Source: a bacterium | GTDB lineage: Bacteria; Patescibacteriota; Saccharimonadia; Saccharimonadales; SZUA-47 | NCBI GenBank assembly: GCA_030430915.1 | Contig: JAUIKH010000001.1 | Coordinates: 1 to 51,981, forward strand | DNA length: 51,981 bases | Direction: 5' to 3' | The notes under the pieces: model-generated | What the model was told of the DNA's origin: nothing | Database searches by the model: none | The model's input: only the letters and a program-made list of their open reading frames with translations | Shown: positions 30,990 through 40,813 of the stretch, piece after piece | Numbering within the stretch: the stretch's first letter is position 1 | Layout: every line of letters starts with the position of its first letter | Made by a program: the position numbers and the translations under genes

Positions 30990-32243
30990 TTATGCAGGTG
31001 TAACAATTGGCGATAGCTTACCAGCTTCAATTAAGTCATGTACATATTGACTAAAATCAATTATAGGTGGCTTTTCAGCACCAGCCATATCAAATTTTTC
31101 TGGTTCACCGCCTATTCCCAGATGCGCTGAAGCTTCATGCATGTCATCTCCCTCTTCATAAGCATGCATCATACTAAAATCATTATCGTGATAATCAGCT
31201 AAGCCATGCACACCTACTTCATGTGCAACTACTATAATGTCGCCGCTACCATTAGTCTTTACTCTTACAGGTTCTCTCATATTAGTTTCATAATTATCTA
31301 CATATTCGACATCTGGGTAGTCTGTTGCTTTTATGTCTAGGGTTTCCCTGTCTCTCATACCTACATCAGAAAACACCTCCGTAACACCTTCTGCAACACA
31401 TATACCATTTATAGCTCTTACAATTTGCATTTCACCGTTTAAGCAGGTGGGGTCACTTGAAACATCTAATTGAATATTAAATATTCTTTCTTCTTCACCA
31501 GATTCAATCTGATTTAAATTCTCTATAATTTGTCTTGTGTCTTCGTTTTTTGGGCCATGAGGAAGCTCCTCTTTAAGGTATGAAATGATGAACTCAAGCG
31601 CTTGAGGATTTACATTGTAATTTTGTGAATCACCATTAATATCACTTGTATAAATATTAAATTTAACTCCCGATATAGATTCATATGCTCCAGCAAACAA
31701 TTTATGTTCATCTAGAAGACTCTCGCTACTTAGACGACTACCACCTCCTAATGCACTCCTTAATGCATCTTCAGCCGCTTTATTCTCATCAACAAATGGT
31801 TCATCTTTTACCTCAGGTAGTTCTTCGGCATCTAATAATAGATGGTCATATGGTCCAACAGTTTCTATTGCTTCAGCTACTTCTTCTGCATCTCCCTCTA
31901 CCACTTGTTCAACAGGGGTAATATCACTAGTATCCTCAGCGGTTGACTTTTCTAGCATAGTAACCCCTCCAGCAGCAACGCCTGATAGCATTATTACAGC
32001 AGCTATTTCTCGCTTTCTACGACCTACAAAGTCTTTTACACGTTCTAATCTGCCTTTTGGTACATGTGTATCAAAATCATCTAAGCCTATAGCTATTCTC
32101 CTGTCCCTTTCCTCAAGTGCATCGTCCAGACTAAAGCTTCTCGGCACAGAAAATGGATCATCATCCCAAATATCATCAATAGACTCGCTACTTTCACTAG
32201 CAGCTATATAAAAGGGGTCTGAATCTATCGGTGTTTTTACCAT
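30990..32243 (-). CDS. Hypothetical acidic single-TM protein
   Basis: 417-aa ORF, TM AAVIMLSGVAAGGV, AHEVGVH near C-terminus. Confidence 0.75.
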   Translation of the reverse strand: MVKTPIDSDPFYIAASESSESIDDIWDDDPFSVPRSFSLDDALEERDRRIAIGLDDFDTHVPKGRLERVKDFVGRRKREIAAVIMLSGVAAGGVTMLEKSTAEDTSDITPVEQVVEGDAEEVAEAIETVGPYDHLLLDAEELPEVKDEPFVDENKAAEDALRSALGGGSRLSSESLLDEHKLFAGAYESISGVKFNIYTSDINGDSQNYNVNPQALEFIISYLKEELPHGPKNEDTRQIIENLNQIESGEEERIFNIQLDVSSDPTCLNGEMQIVRAINGICVAEGVTEVFSDVGMRDRETLDIKATDYPDVEYVDNYETNMREPVRVKTNGSGDIIVVAHEVGVHGLADYHDNDFSMMHAYEEGDDMHEASAHLGIGGEPEKFDMAGAEKPPIIDFSQYVHDLIEAGKLSPIVTPA

Positions 32244-32326
32244 AATATTTGTTTTTGTATTAACTATAATATTTTAGCATTCTTTGTGCCTTTTGTCAAT
32301 TATTATCAGCTGGGTGATAGATATTA

Positions 32327-32917
32327 CTATTTCTTTTTACTGGCTAGCCAGTCAGGCACTGGAACAAAACTAATTTTTTCCCAGCTATCAATTTCTTTTT
32401 CAGTTACATTATAGACTGCCTGATAAGCAGTCTCTACACTCCCATGTAGAGCTTCAGAAATCTCCAAGCCTAGTCTGTCTGCTGTGTTTTTTAGCAAGCT
32501 TTCATTGTCTGTTTCTATCTCAACAAAACTAGGTATCCATGGCCATGTATCTAGTTCTATCTCAGCGCCATCAAGCATCCAACTTTCTCGTTTTGTTTCT
32601 TGAGTAGACACCAGCTTCATACCGACCAACTCCAAAAAACTAGAGGTTGCTTCGATACTATCAACAATAATAGTAACCTCTTTAGTGCCATTAATTGTTC
32701 TGTCGTTTAGCTGTTTATAGCTTAGTGTTACCTTATCGCCTTCATCACGCACCCTAACCCATCCATTCACATTCGCCAATTTTCCATCTGGATAGTCGTA
32801 TATTTTACGCACCATTAATCTTTCGTTTTCAACTAATTTTGCACCTTGATATTCTAGCTTCTTACGAAATTCTTCTAAATTAACATCCAACCATTTTGCC
32901 TCTATCTCAGTTTGCAT
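32327..32917 (-). CDS. CYTH-domain protein
   Basis: EIEAK (ExExK), WVRVRDEG..LSYK, ELDTWP..FVEIE. Confidence 0.9.
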   Translation of the reverse strand: MQTEIEAKWLDVNLEEFRKKLEYQGAKLVENERLMVRKIYDYPDGKLANVNGWVRVRDEGDKVTLSYKQLNDRTINGTKEVTIIVDSIEATSSFLELVGMKLVSTQETKRESWMLDGAEIELDTWPWIPSFVEIETDNESLLKNTADRLGLEISEALHGSVETAYQAVYNVTEKEIDSWEKISFVPVPDWLASKKK

Positions 32918-33003
32918 ACAATAATTATACAGTAAAAATTAGGTGCTTTATTTCCGCAATGATTTGTTTGGAGTGTAAATACGAGACAGGTTTAAGCAGC
33001 TGC

Positions 33004-33627
33004 CTAGTTTACTTTTTTGAAAATATAGTTATTAGCGACCTTAGTGTAGCCAATACCTTTCATTGAAGCCTGTATCTCAGATTTTGTTGGATGTAAACCC
33101 TTCTTAGGAGTGAAATAACTGTCCAAATCACTGGTGCTTATCCGCCAGGTGTCTTTAGTGTGATTAACGACAGCTATAAGTTCATATTCAGGATCAACAT
33201 GTGCCATCGCTGCATCACCATGACTATTATTAGCTAGCAATATGCCGTTGTTTTTCAATAGATTCTTACCAGCTTGAGACACAAACCCTGCGTATTGTGA
33301 AATGAGTAAATCAAAGGACTCAACCTCAATTGGTAGTGGCTTTTCATAGTTTTGCTGTGCAACAAATATTTCTGGATCTTCTCTGTATTGCTTGTTTTTG
33401 ATCACCATTTGTCTCACTTCTTTGTCCTCAAAGAACTGTTTTACTCGCCTGTCGCTATCAATAAATGCCGTTTTTGGGTAAAAAAAGGCAGGCGTAATGT
33501 GCACAAAACTACCCAAATATATCGCAGATTTTATTTGGTATGTGTCACGAAGTAATTCAAAAAGATGTAGACGCTCAAATTCATTATCAATGAAGTACTT
33601 TTTGTATAATTCCAAATTTTTATTCAT
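33004..33627 (-). CDS. Hypothetical, possibly SAM-dependent methyltransferase fold
   Basis: IYLGS, FIDSD, SFDLLISQYAG, LLKNNGILL; start assigned to MNKNL. Confidence 0.65.
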   Translation of the reverse strand: MNKNLELYKKYFIDNEFERLHLFELLRDTYQIKSAIYLGSFVHITPAFFYPKTAFIDSDRRVKQFFEDKEVRQMVIKNKQYREDPEIFVAQQNYEKPLPIEVESFDLLISQYAGFVSQAGKNLLKNNGILLANNSHGDAAMAHVDPEYELIAVVNHTKDTWRISTSDLDSYFTPKKGLHPTKSEIQASMKGIGYTKVANNYIFKKVN

Positions 33628-33782
33628 AAGGCTATTGTAGCAAACAGAAAACACTATATCTCCATAACGCTTATATCAATGAACAGTAGCTCAAAAGTAT
33701 TTTAACTTCAGTTTAAAACCAGCTGAGTTTGTTCGGCTGTAATTCAAAACACCCCATATCAGGGGTGTTTGGATTTACGTTC

Positions 33783-33977
33783 TGGTGGGCCCGACCGAAT
33801 TAGCGGGCTATAGCCCTTCTTTCGTTTGTTCGAAAAGCAAATACCTTCGAAAGGTGCTTTCTTTTCTTCTCTGCACTTCGCGACCGGCGCTCCTTACAGG
33901 AGCAACCGCCGATTTAAATCACGAGAAGAGTCTCGTCAAAGAAAAAAGCCCCATCATAAATGATGAGACTTTTGTCT
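33783..33977 (-). repeat. 195-bp tRNA-Asp-anchored unit ending in a duplicated tRNA 3' end
   Basis: tggtgggcccgaccgaatt (33783-33801) vs tggcgggcccgaccggatt (33978-33996); inverted T-arm copy 33899-33920; terminators 33943-33973 and 33745-33772. Confidence 0.8.
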
Positions 33978-34055
33978 TGGCGGGCCCGACCGGATTTGAA
34001 CCGGCGATCTCCTCCGTGACAGGGAGGCGTGTTAGGCCAGCTACACCACGAGCCC
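33978..34055 (-). tRNA. tRNA-Asp(GTC)
   Basis: gggctcg/cgggccc, cctcc-ct-GTC-ac-ggagg, ggttcaaatcc, CCA. Confidence 0.96.
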
Positions 34056-34150
34056 GCATTTTTGTCTTAATAGTTAGATTAAGTCTACCTGTTAGGACTT
34101 CGAGAAGTTTAGCATTTTAAGAAGTTAAAATCAACTATTTACCTTAATAC

Positions 34151-35218
34151 CTAGTTTTCAGGTAACGATATATATAGCCTATAAGGCTGCTTTTCTTTCA
34201 TGTCATTCAGTACACCCGATAAATCATTAAGCATAAATATTATGTGTGCGCCTTCTATTTTGTCGCCTTCTCTACCAACGTTTTTTACAATTTCTAAAGC
34301 GTAACCTGTTCTATATGGAGTGACAGTGATATCTGAATATTGCCCTTCTTCAAGCTTGAATAGAGTATCAACAGTCTGTTGTGAGACATTACGATTATTA
34401 GCATCAACCAGCCCAAACTCTCCACCATTTTCTTTAGTACCCTCATCGTTTGAATACTCCTTAGCAACCTCTGCAAAATCTGCTCCCGCTTCCAGCTTGG
34501 CTAGAGCTTCTTTAGCTCTATTCTCCGTATCTTGATCGAGTGCCCTTGTTACCTTTTGAGCCAGTAATTCATCGCTTAGACTTCGCTTAAAGTCGTCCGT
34601 AGACCAATCCCAATAATTTCTCAGAACGTCTTCAAATATCTCATCTGTACTACCAAGACGGTTTTGCTCTCTTGCAATTCGAATCTGATTATTAATCTCT
34701 TCATCGCTGACTGTTATATTATTTTCTTCAGCAATTTTTTTTATATAAGCATGGTTAACTACATCATCCAACGCTCGTTTTTTATAATCCGTCAGCTGAG
34801 CTTTACCTTCATCAGATTCAAAACTAAGTTGCTGTTGGGTTTCGTGATAATGTATATATTGCCGTAGCTCAAATAGGTAGTTCTCATATGCAATTAGCGT
34901 GTTTCCAGTCCTAGCAATCGGAAAAGGAATTACTTTAGTCACCTGATACATGAAGCTGGACGTCGTCTGTTGACGATAAAGCATTAGAACAGATATGGTT
35001 GTAAACAATAGTACTATCGCTATCAGGATAGACGTAGTTAGTATTATGATTCGATGCTTAGAATGTTGCAGCGGATAAATGTACTTACGTGCACCAGACA
35101 ACACCTCTTCTCTATGCTCTGCTACATTATCGTTTGTAATTCTAGGTACTTTTGTACTGCCGACTGTGTCTTTCTTTAAAGCACGCTTGTCCTTGAATTT
35201 TTTAATTCTCTTTTTCAA
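34151..35218 (-). CDS. PrsA/SurA-like peptidyl-prolyl isomerase foldase
   Basis: N-terminal TM, ITVSDEEIN, GADFAEVAKEYSND..KENGGEFG parvulin motif. Confidence 0.88.
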   Translation of the reverse strand: MKKRIKKFKDKRALKKDTVGSTKVPRITNDNVAEHREEVLSGARKYIYPLQHSKHRIIILTTSILIAIVLLFTTISVLMLYRQQTTSSFMYQVTKVIPFPIARTGNTLIAYENYLFELRQYIHYHETQQQLSFESDEGKAQLTDYKKRALDDVVNHAYIKKIAEENNITVSDEEINNQIRIAREQNRLGSTDEIFEDVLRNYWDWSTDDFKRSLSDELLAQKVTRALDQDTENRAKEALAKLEAGADFAEVAKEYSNDEGTKENGGEFGLVDANNRNVSQQTVDTLFKLEEGQYSDITVTPYRTGYALEIVKNVGREGDKIEGAHIIFMLNDLSGVLNDMKEKQPYRLYISLPEN

Positions 35219-35770
35219 TTATCTGCTCTTTTCATGGCTAGTTTTTTGTGCACGTTCGTCAGGCTGACCTATTACTGTACCGTGATCCCTGAGAATTATT
35301 GCTAATTCTTTTGACACAGCGGCTGGATGATGAACATCATTTATAACAATTTCACCTAGGTAAGTCTGTATTATTATTGTACCAAATCCCAGTAATGTTT
35401 CTTGTATTCCAACTACCTGATAGTTCACAGACTGCACATGATTCAGCCCGATATCGGCAAAACTCTTAGTAAACATACCCTTCTGAGTTATCTGGATAAA
35501 TCTCTGGTCTGTTGCAATATAGACTGTAAAGTACCAATAAATCCAGGACGGAAAAGCAACAATAATACCTACGATAAAGCCCGCCGCCAAACCTCCATAA
35601 AAATAGCTTAGTTCAGGCTTAATGAAAGATGGTATCGTTCCTAAAAGTATTGCTATCATGAACAAAATCAGGCCTTTACGCATAACAACCGGATGCTTCC
35701 TAAATGCATAAAGGACTTCTTCATCCTCATATTGGTCTTTAAAAGCTAGCTTTTTATTCTGCTTAGGCAT
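35219..35770 (-). CDS. Membrane protein with bacterial PH domain
   Basis: FRKHP, two TMs, YIATDQRFI..QKGMF, LLGFGTIIIQT. Confidence 0.8.
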   Translation of the reverse strand: MPKQNKKLAFKDQYEDEEVLYAFRKHPVVMRKGLILFMIAILLGTIPSFIKPELSYFYGGLAAGFIVGIIVAFPSWIYWYFTVYIATDQRFIQITQKGMFTKSFADIGLNHVQSVNYQVVGIQETLLGFGTIIIQTYLGEIVINDVHHPAAVSKELAIILRDHGTVIGQPDERAQKTSHEKSR

Positions 35771-35873
35771 ACCTAGTAGTAGCCTCTTGGGTAGTTATAT
35801 TCATTACCATAAGCATAGTTTACCTTAGAAAGTCGACAGTTTACAGTGTATATACTATAATTCATCTAATATT

Positions 35874-35928
35874 GGCCTGGTAGCTCAATGGATAGAGCAG
35901 CTCATGACCTCAAGGAGAAGGTTGTAGG
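35874..35928 (+). pseudogene. Truncated 5' copy of tRNA-Arg with altered anticodon arm
   Basis: Matches 36066 onward through the D-arm; ctcatgacctcaaggag vs ctccgtcctaaggag; ends at ggttgtagg. Confidence 0.85.
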
Positions 35929-36065
35929 CGAAAAATGCCAGTGGCATTTTGAGGAGTCTTTACTTGGTTGAACGAGCCCAGCCTCTGTTTTAAGAGGCTG
36001 GGTTGCCGAGTGAACATGGATAGTCGACTCTTAGAGTCGAACCCTTTATAATTAAATCTATACTT

Positions 36066-36141
36066 GGCCTGGTAGCTCAATGGATAGAGCAGCTCCGTCC
36101 TAAGGAGAAGGTTGTAGGTTCGACTCCTACCCGGGTCGCCA
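36066..36141 (+). tRNA. tRNA-Arg(CCT)
   Basis: ggcctgg/ccgggtc, ctcc-gt-CCT-aa-ggag, ggttcgactcc, CCA; TATAAT at 36047. Confidence 0.92.
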
Positions 36142-36329
36142 TATAAAAAGCACTACATTTTGTGGTGCTTTTTATATGATTATCGGTAAGTAGAAACTAC
36201 AACCTGTAAGGTTGAAGGTGAGCAGTGCCATTCGAGCACTGCTCAAGAGAATCTTTCAGCAATGAAACTTGTTTAATGCTTGAAAGTTCTGGGCCCGCAG
36301 AATGTGGGCGACTCCTACCCGGGTCGCCA
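36142..36329 (+). repeat. 188-bp tRNA-Arg-anchored unit ending in a duplicated tRNA 3' end
   Basis: Terminator 36142-36176; antisense T-arm-like agtagaaactacaacct 36189-36205; exact cgactcctacccgggtcgcca 36309-36329. Confidence 0.85.
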
Positions 36330-36490
36330 ATTTTGATTACTATTAAGTCCTTCATGCCGTAATATACAACTAAAAACTTAAACAAAGTTAAAACAAATAA
36401 TTATTGTTCTGACTTTCTTAAGAACGTTAGAATATACTACAAAGTAATTACTTTAAGCCATATTACCCATGATGAATAAACAATTAAAGA

Positions 36491-36955
36491 TTACCCTCGT
36501 TCGTGGCCTTCGTATATGTGCAGATACTCTGATTTATCATAGCTAAACAACTCATCGTCGTTAAAAAACCTAGCTACTTCTTTTTTACCATTTTCTTTAC
36601 TGTCTGAGGCATGCACCAAATTCCTGCCTGTTCCGATAGCCATATCCCCTCTTATTGTTCCGGCTTCTGCTTCTCTGGGATTCGTTGCCCCGAGAATTAT
36701 TCTAATAGAATTAACACACTCAAAACCTTCGATTGCCATTACAATCACTGGTGAGCTCTTCATAAAATTTTCTAATCCTTTATAAAACGGCTTGTCAGTC
36801 AAATGTGAATAATGAGCTTCCAGCAAAGCACTATCTAAAGATGTCATTTTGATTCCAAGAATCTTTAACCCCTTCATCTCAAACCTTTTTATAATATCTC
36901 CGACTAAACCCCTTTGCACTGCATCTGGCTTTAAAATTATTAGTGATTTCTCCAT
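36491..36955 (-). CDS. ndk: Nucleoside diphosphate kinase
   Basis: LKPDAVQRGLVG, GATNP..GTIRGD, NLVHASDS. Confidence 0.97.
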   Translation of the reverse strand: MEKSLIILKPDAVQRGLVGDIIKRFEMKGLKILGIKMTSLDSALLEAHYSHLTDKPFYKGLENFMKSSPVIVMAIEGFECVNSIRIILGATNPREAEAGTIRGDMAIGTGRNLVHASDSKENGKKEVARFFNDDELFSYDKSEYLHIYEGHERG

Positions 36956-37067
36956 AGATTTTTATCCTGTTTATTACACATTAGTATAGCAAACAGATAT
37001 AAAACAGTAAAAACTAGACAATTTCTCAATATTTCAAATTCAGTAAATGTGTCGTACAATAAAATTA

Positions 37068-38003
37068 ATGAGCCAAGACAAAAAACAATTTTCAAAACTA
37101 AAAACCGACTTTCTAGAATACTTAGAAATTGAACAAAACAGATCACAAAAAACTATCCAGAACTATGACCATTACTTAACTAGGCTTATAGATTATGCAG
37201 GAGACATTAATATTTCAGAAATTGACCCTGAGTTAATCCGTAAATGGCGCCTATGGCTTAACAGGCTAGGCACTAATACATCAGATGAGCTACGCAAGAA
37301 CACCCAGAACTACCATCTGATAGCCTTACGTAGTTTTTTACGCTTCTGTGCTAAAAGAGGCGTAGAAGCTATGCCAGCAGATAAGATTGAGTTAGCAAAA
37401 TCTGCACGTAAACAAGTTACTTTCCTGAACCCTGAAGAACTAGAAAGACTATTTAATGCACCGAAAATTGATAAGGATATAGGCTTGCGTGACCGTGCCA
37501 TTTTAGAGCTGCTGTTCTCTAGTGGACTGCGTGTGTCTGAGTTAGTCGGCTTGGATAAAGATGACGTAAATTTAAAACGTAAAGAATTCATGGTAAGAGG
37601 TAAAGGCCAGAAAGACCGGCCAATATTTATTAGTGATGCAGCAGCCTGGTGGCTTAAACAATACTTAGACAAGCGTACAGACAACTCTAAGCCACTGTTC
37701 ATACGCTACAGCGGAAACAAAAAGGTTTCAACCAGTGGCAATTACTACAGACTTACGGTCAGGAGTGTTCAGAGGCTAGTCGCCAGATATGCGAAGCTAG
37801 CTGGAATAACGAAACATGTCAGCCCTCATACCTTACGTCACAGCTTTGCAACTGATTTATTAATGAATGGTGCAGACTTGCGCTCCGTTCAAGCCATGCT
37901 AGGCCATAGTAATATTTCAACTACTCAAATATACACACATATAACGGACCCACACCTAAAAAGTGTCCATGAAAAATTCCACAGTAAAAAAATTATTGAC
38001 TAA
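37068..38003 (+). CDS. XerC/XerD-family tyrosine recombinase
   Basis: RDRAILELLFSSGLRVSEL, GKGQKDR, HTLRHSFAT, LGHSNISTTQIYTH; start assigned to MSQD. Confidence 0.93.
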   Translation: MSQDKKQFSKLKTDFLEYLEIEQNRSQKTIQNYDHYLTRLIDYAGDINISEIDPELIRKWRLWLNRLGTNTSDELRKNTQNYHLIALRSFLRFCAKRGVEAMPADKIELAKSARKQVTFLNPEELERLFNAPKIDKDIGLRDRAILELLFSSGLRVSELVGLDKDDVNLKRKEFMVRGKGQKDRPIFISDAAAWWLKQYLDKRTDNSKPLFIRYSGNKKVSTSGNYYRLTVRSVQRLVARYAKLAGITKHVSPHTLRHSFATDLLMNGADLRSVQAMLGHSNISTTQIYTHITDPHLKSVHEKFHSKKIID

Positions 38004-39613
38004 GGGTATCTTTTATATTTCCAGCTACCATCACTGGCTCTTCCGTTACAAATACCTTCTCCAGTTATAGGGTTTGGTGCATCGTTAGCTTTTCCTCTTG
38101 GTAAATAAACTTCGGTTTCATCAAATTCCTGATCGTTGACAAATCCTGCTGCCTGAGAAAAACGCATAGTTAATTTAGGTTTGAATATCCAGCAACCTTG
38201 GTCACCATTAGTACTTAGTATTAATGATTGCCATCCTCTTGAATCATTTGGTGGATTATAGTCATGGCTAACCCATTCACCATTAGTACATGCGTTGTCT
38301 GTTGGGCCATAGTCATTACTCGTACCATCGCCCCATTCCCATGTGCAGCCCGTTACTACGCCTGCGGGATTCACTGAAGCATTCATGAATGATGCAGACC
38401 AATTAAAATCTGGAGCATTTGGATCTGGAGTACCATTTCCGCATCCAGGTGGACGTGGTGTTGACGTGCAACCACCAATCCCAGCATTACCGAGTCTGGT
38501 AGTAGGTGCCGATGAACTTGGAGGGGTTTCAGATATTGTATAGGTAGTACTACCTAGCACACCACTACATAAATCATTTACTGACTCATTGCCTGACTCT
38601 GTATTGACCTCTAGTAGTTTACATATACCTGCAAAAGATTGCAGTACAGCTTCTGGTGGATTCTCGACAGAACTAAACGGCGCGTTTATCTGTAGTCTTC
38701 TTACTACATCATTAGCTCTTGCTGTAACATCTATTTTTATCTGTGCCCCAACAAACTCCGCATCACCACTTGCCGTAGTGCCTGAGATATTAACACTAGC
38801 ATTTTCATATACAGGCTTAATCCTAGCTAAGTAACTGTCGGAGCTTAAATCTCCTGTACTTATTGCAACATCACAGGTACCTAAATTTGTGCAATAAACA
38901 GGTACTACATCTCCTCTGGTGTCTTTATCGATAGTATATGTGCCAGGATTACCACCTCCCCCGCCACGACATGGCGCAAGATACATGTACTCTGAATTAC
39001 TTAATAAACTTGCCCTGCTATATGTAGATGTATTTGTTAAATCTATCTTAAGTAACGGCATTGTTCCGCCTCTAGTAGGTGGGAATTCACCTGCATTATC
39101 GCATTCAGGCAATGTTGCAGTTGTATTTAAATTATCATCGGAATTACTCCAAGAAATATTTAGTGTCGAGTAAGCTCCAGAGCTTGACTTCAACTCGACT
39201 AGTTTTGATTCTGATGAGCTAACATCATACTTAAGTTCTTTTGGAGACTGATCATATAGCACACAGCTATATTGAATCTGACCCGCTCCTCCGTCTATAT
39301 CTGTTTCAGCAGAAGTAAAAAGAGGTCTAACCGTTCCATCACTTGAAACATCATCCTCTGGGTTACAGCCTGTTTTTTCATCGTCGTATAAACCAGGGTT
39401 ACTTAAAATTTTTGAATAAACCTCGTTTGCTGCTGACTCCGAAGCATACAGGGCTTGACGGCTTAACTGTCTATCAAGAGCCTGGCGTTGCTCGCGCTGC
39501 ATTATTCTAGTGAATCCCAATGTTATCAAAGCAAGAATTACCATTATTATAGACGCCACAAATATAGCAACTACACCAGATTGCTTATTTTTTAGCCCCA
39601 AACTCTTTTTCAT
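38000..39613 (-). CDS. PilX-like minor pilin with Cys-rich PKD-like C-terminal extension
   Basis: KQSG|VVAIF pilin-like N-terminus lacking Glu5, ALYASES, WEWGDG. Confidence 0.8.
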   Translation of the reverse strand: MKKSLGLKNKQSGVVAIFVASIIMVILALITLGFTRIMQREQRQALDRQLSRQALYASESAANEVYSKILSNPGLYDDEKTGCNPEDDVSSDGTVRPLFTSAETDIDGGAGQIQYSCVLYDQSPKELKYDVSSSESKLVELKSSSGAYSTLNISWSNSDDNLNTTATLPECDNAGEFPPTRGGTMPLLKIDLTNTSTYSRASLLSNSEYMYLAPCRGGGGGNPGTYTIDKDTRGDVVPVYCTNLGTCDVAISTGDLSSDSYLARIKPVYENASVNISGTTASGDAEFVGAQIKIDVTARANDVVRRLQINAPFSSVENPPEAVLQSFAGICKLLEVNTESGNESVNDLCSGVLGSTTYTISETPPSSSAPTTRLGNAGIGGCTSTPRPPGCGNGTPDPNAPDFNWSASFMNASVNPAGVVTGCTWEWGDGTSNDYGPTDNACTNGEWVSHDYNPPNDSRGWQSLILSTNGDQGCWIFKPKLTMRFSQAAGFVNDQEFDETEVYLPRGKANDAPNPITGEGICNGRASDGSWKYKRYP

Positions 39614-39620
39614 AAGCGTA

Positions 39621-40331
39621 TTATAACCTCTTTCCTACTATTAATGAAATGGAAGATTTAGCACAAAATTCTGCTCCTGCAAATGCCGCTCTACACACTT
39701 TAGTATCGTCTATGGAGTCGTTGTCTGTATCAATAAACTCCATTAAATCCTCGTCTCCATACATTACCTCTACATCTATTCTGTAAAGGTCAGTTGAACC
39801 AAACCTTTCTACACTAAATTTAGTTAGGCGCATATTCTCAGAAAGTAATTCTACGCCATCTGTAGCTCCTGTTCCTGCAGAAGGATTACCTGTCGCGTCA
39901 TCTAAGTTAGCAGGGTTTAAGCTACAGTTTGCAACATCTGGTTGATCGACCCATAATACATGGCGCTTCTCTTTGGTACCACCAGCAGGATTATCCTTTA
40001 GTTGGCGATCAATCGCGAATGTGTATCGCTTAGACCCAATACAAATTACGTCTGTGTCGGTAATGCCAACATCAATGTTCGGTCCTGCTATTGGTGTCAT
40101 AGGCAGAGAAACCGCATCATTAGAAAACCTGATAGACTCACCTATTTCTTCGACCACCAGTCTAGCTGCTTCTTGAGTCCTAGCCTGATTTACTCCTTTG
40201 TAGTACATCTTTGTAATTTGCAATATTCCAGCAATGCATAGCATTAAAACTAGAGAGAAAATGGCTGTAGATATCATTAACTCAATTATTGTGAAGCCCT
40301 TTTGTGTTTTTTTAAGTTTAAGTTTATGCAT
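39621..40331 (-). CDS. Minor pilin (PilW-like)
   Basis: QKG|FTIIELMIS. Confidence 0.88.
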   Translation of the reverse strand: MHKLKLKKTQKGFTIIELMISTAIFSLVLMLCIAGILQITKMYYKGVNQARTQEAARLVVEEIGESIRFSNDAVSLPMTPIAGPNIDVGITDTDVICIGSKRYTFAIDRQLKDNPAGGTKEKRHVLWVDQPDVANCSLNPANLDDATGNPSAGTGATDGVELLSENMRLTKFSVERFGSTDLYRIDVEVMYGDEDLMEFIDTDNDSIDDTKVCRAAFAGAEFCAKSSISLIVGKRL

Positions 40332-40810
40332 TAAAAAACTCCCGGTCTATAGTATAGTTGCAATTCTTCGTCTACACCTCCACCACCAACCCTTTCCCAT
40401 ACAACACTTACCCTATAGGTGCCACTGGGTGGCGTAGTTGCTGGTACTGTTGGTACTGGTACAATTGCAACATTATAAAACCCGTCTCCTCCATTACCGT
40501 TCGTAGTAGCACAAACGTCATTAGTGTTTATATCCAGCTCAACTCCAGTGGAGCTGATAGGGTTTACGCCGGTGTTAATGCAAAAATCATCAGTACCTGA
40601 AAAATCAGGAAAAGATATACCAGCCTTACTATAGGCTTTCAATAGTTCCAGCTGTGTTTCGGCTATCTTTAGTGCCTCTGTTCTTTCTTGAGCGGCTCTA
40701 CCTGTTGCTAAACTCCGATTAGCTATGCCAAATGCCGCACCAAGCATTATTCCAATTACTGCCATGGCTATTAAAACTTCAACTATTGTGTCGCCTCGTT
40801 GTTTACTCAT
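40331..40810 (-). CDS. Minor pilin (PilV-like)
   Basis: QRG|DTIVEVLIA (Asp at +1). Confidence 0.88.
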   Translation of the reverse strand: MSKQRGDTIVEVLIAMAVIGIMLGAAFGIANRSLATGRAAQERTEALKIAETQLELLKAYSKAGISFPDFSGTDDFCINTGVNPISSTGVELDINTNDVCATTNGNGGDGFYNVAIVPVPTVPATTPPSGTYRVSVVWERVGGGGVDEELQLYYRPGVF

Positions 40811-40813
40811 AGT

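Noticed and set aside
33785..34120. 111-aa ORF
   Set aside because: Antisense to tRNA-Asp and its repeat unit
36197..36385. 62-aa ORF
   Set aside because: Overlaps the tRNA-Arg repeat unit; no protein features
36066..38003. Xer plus tRNA 3' duplication as a prophage or genomic island
   Set aside because: Duplication spans only 188 bp, recombinase lies outside it beyond ndk and looks like a housekeeping Xer
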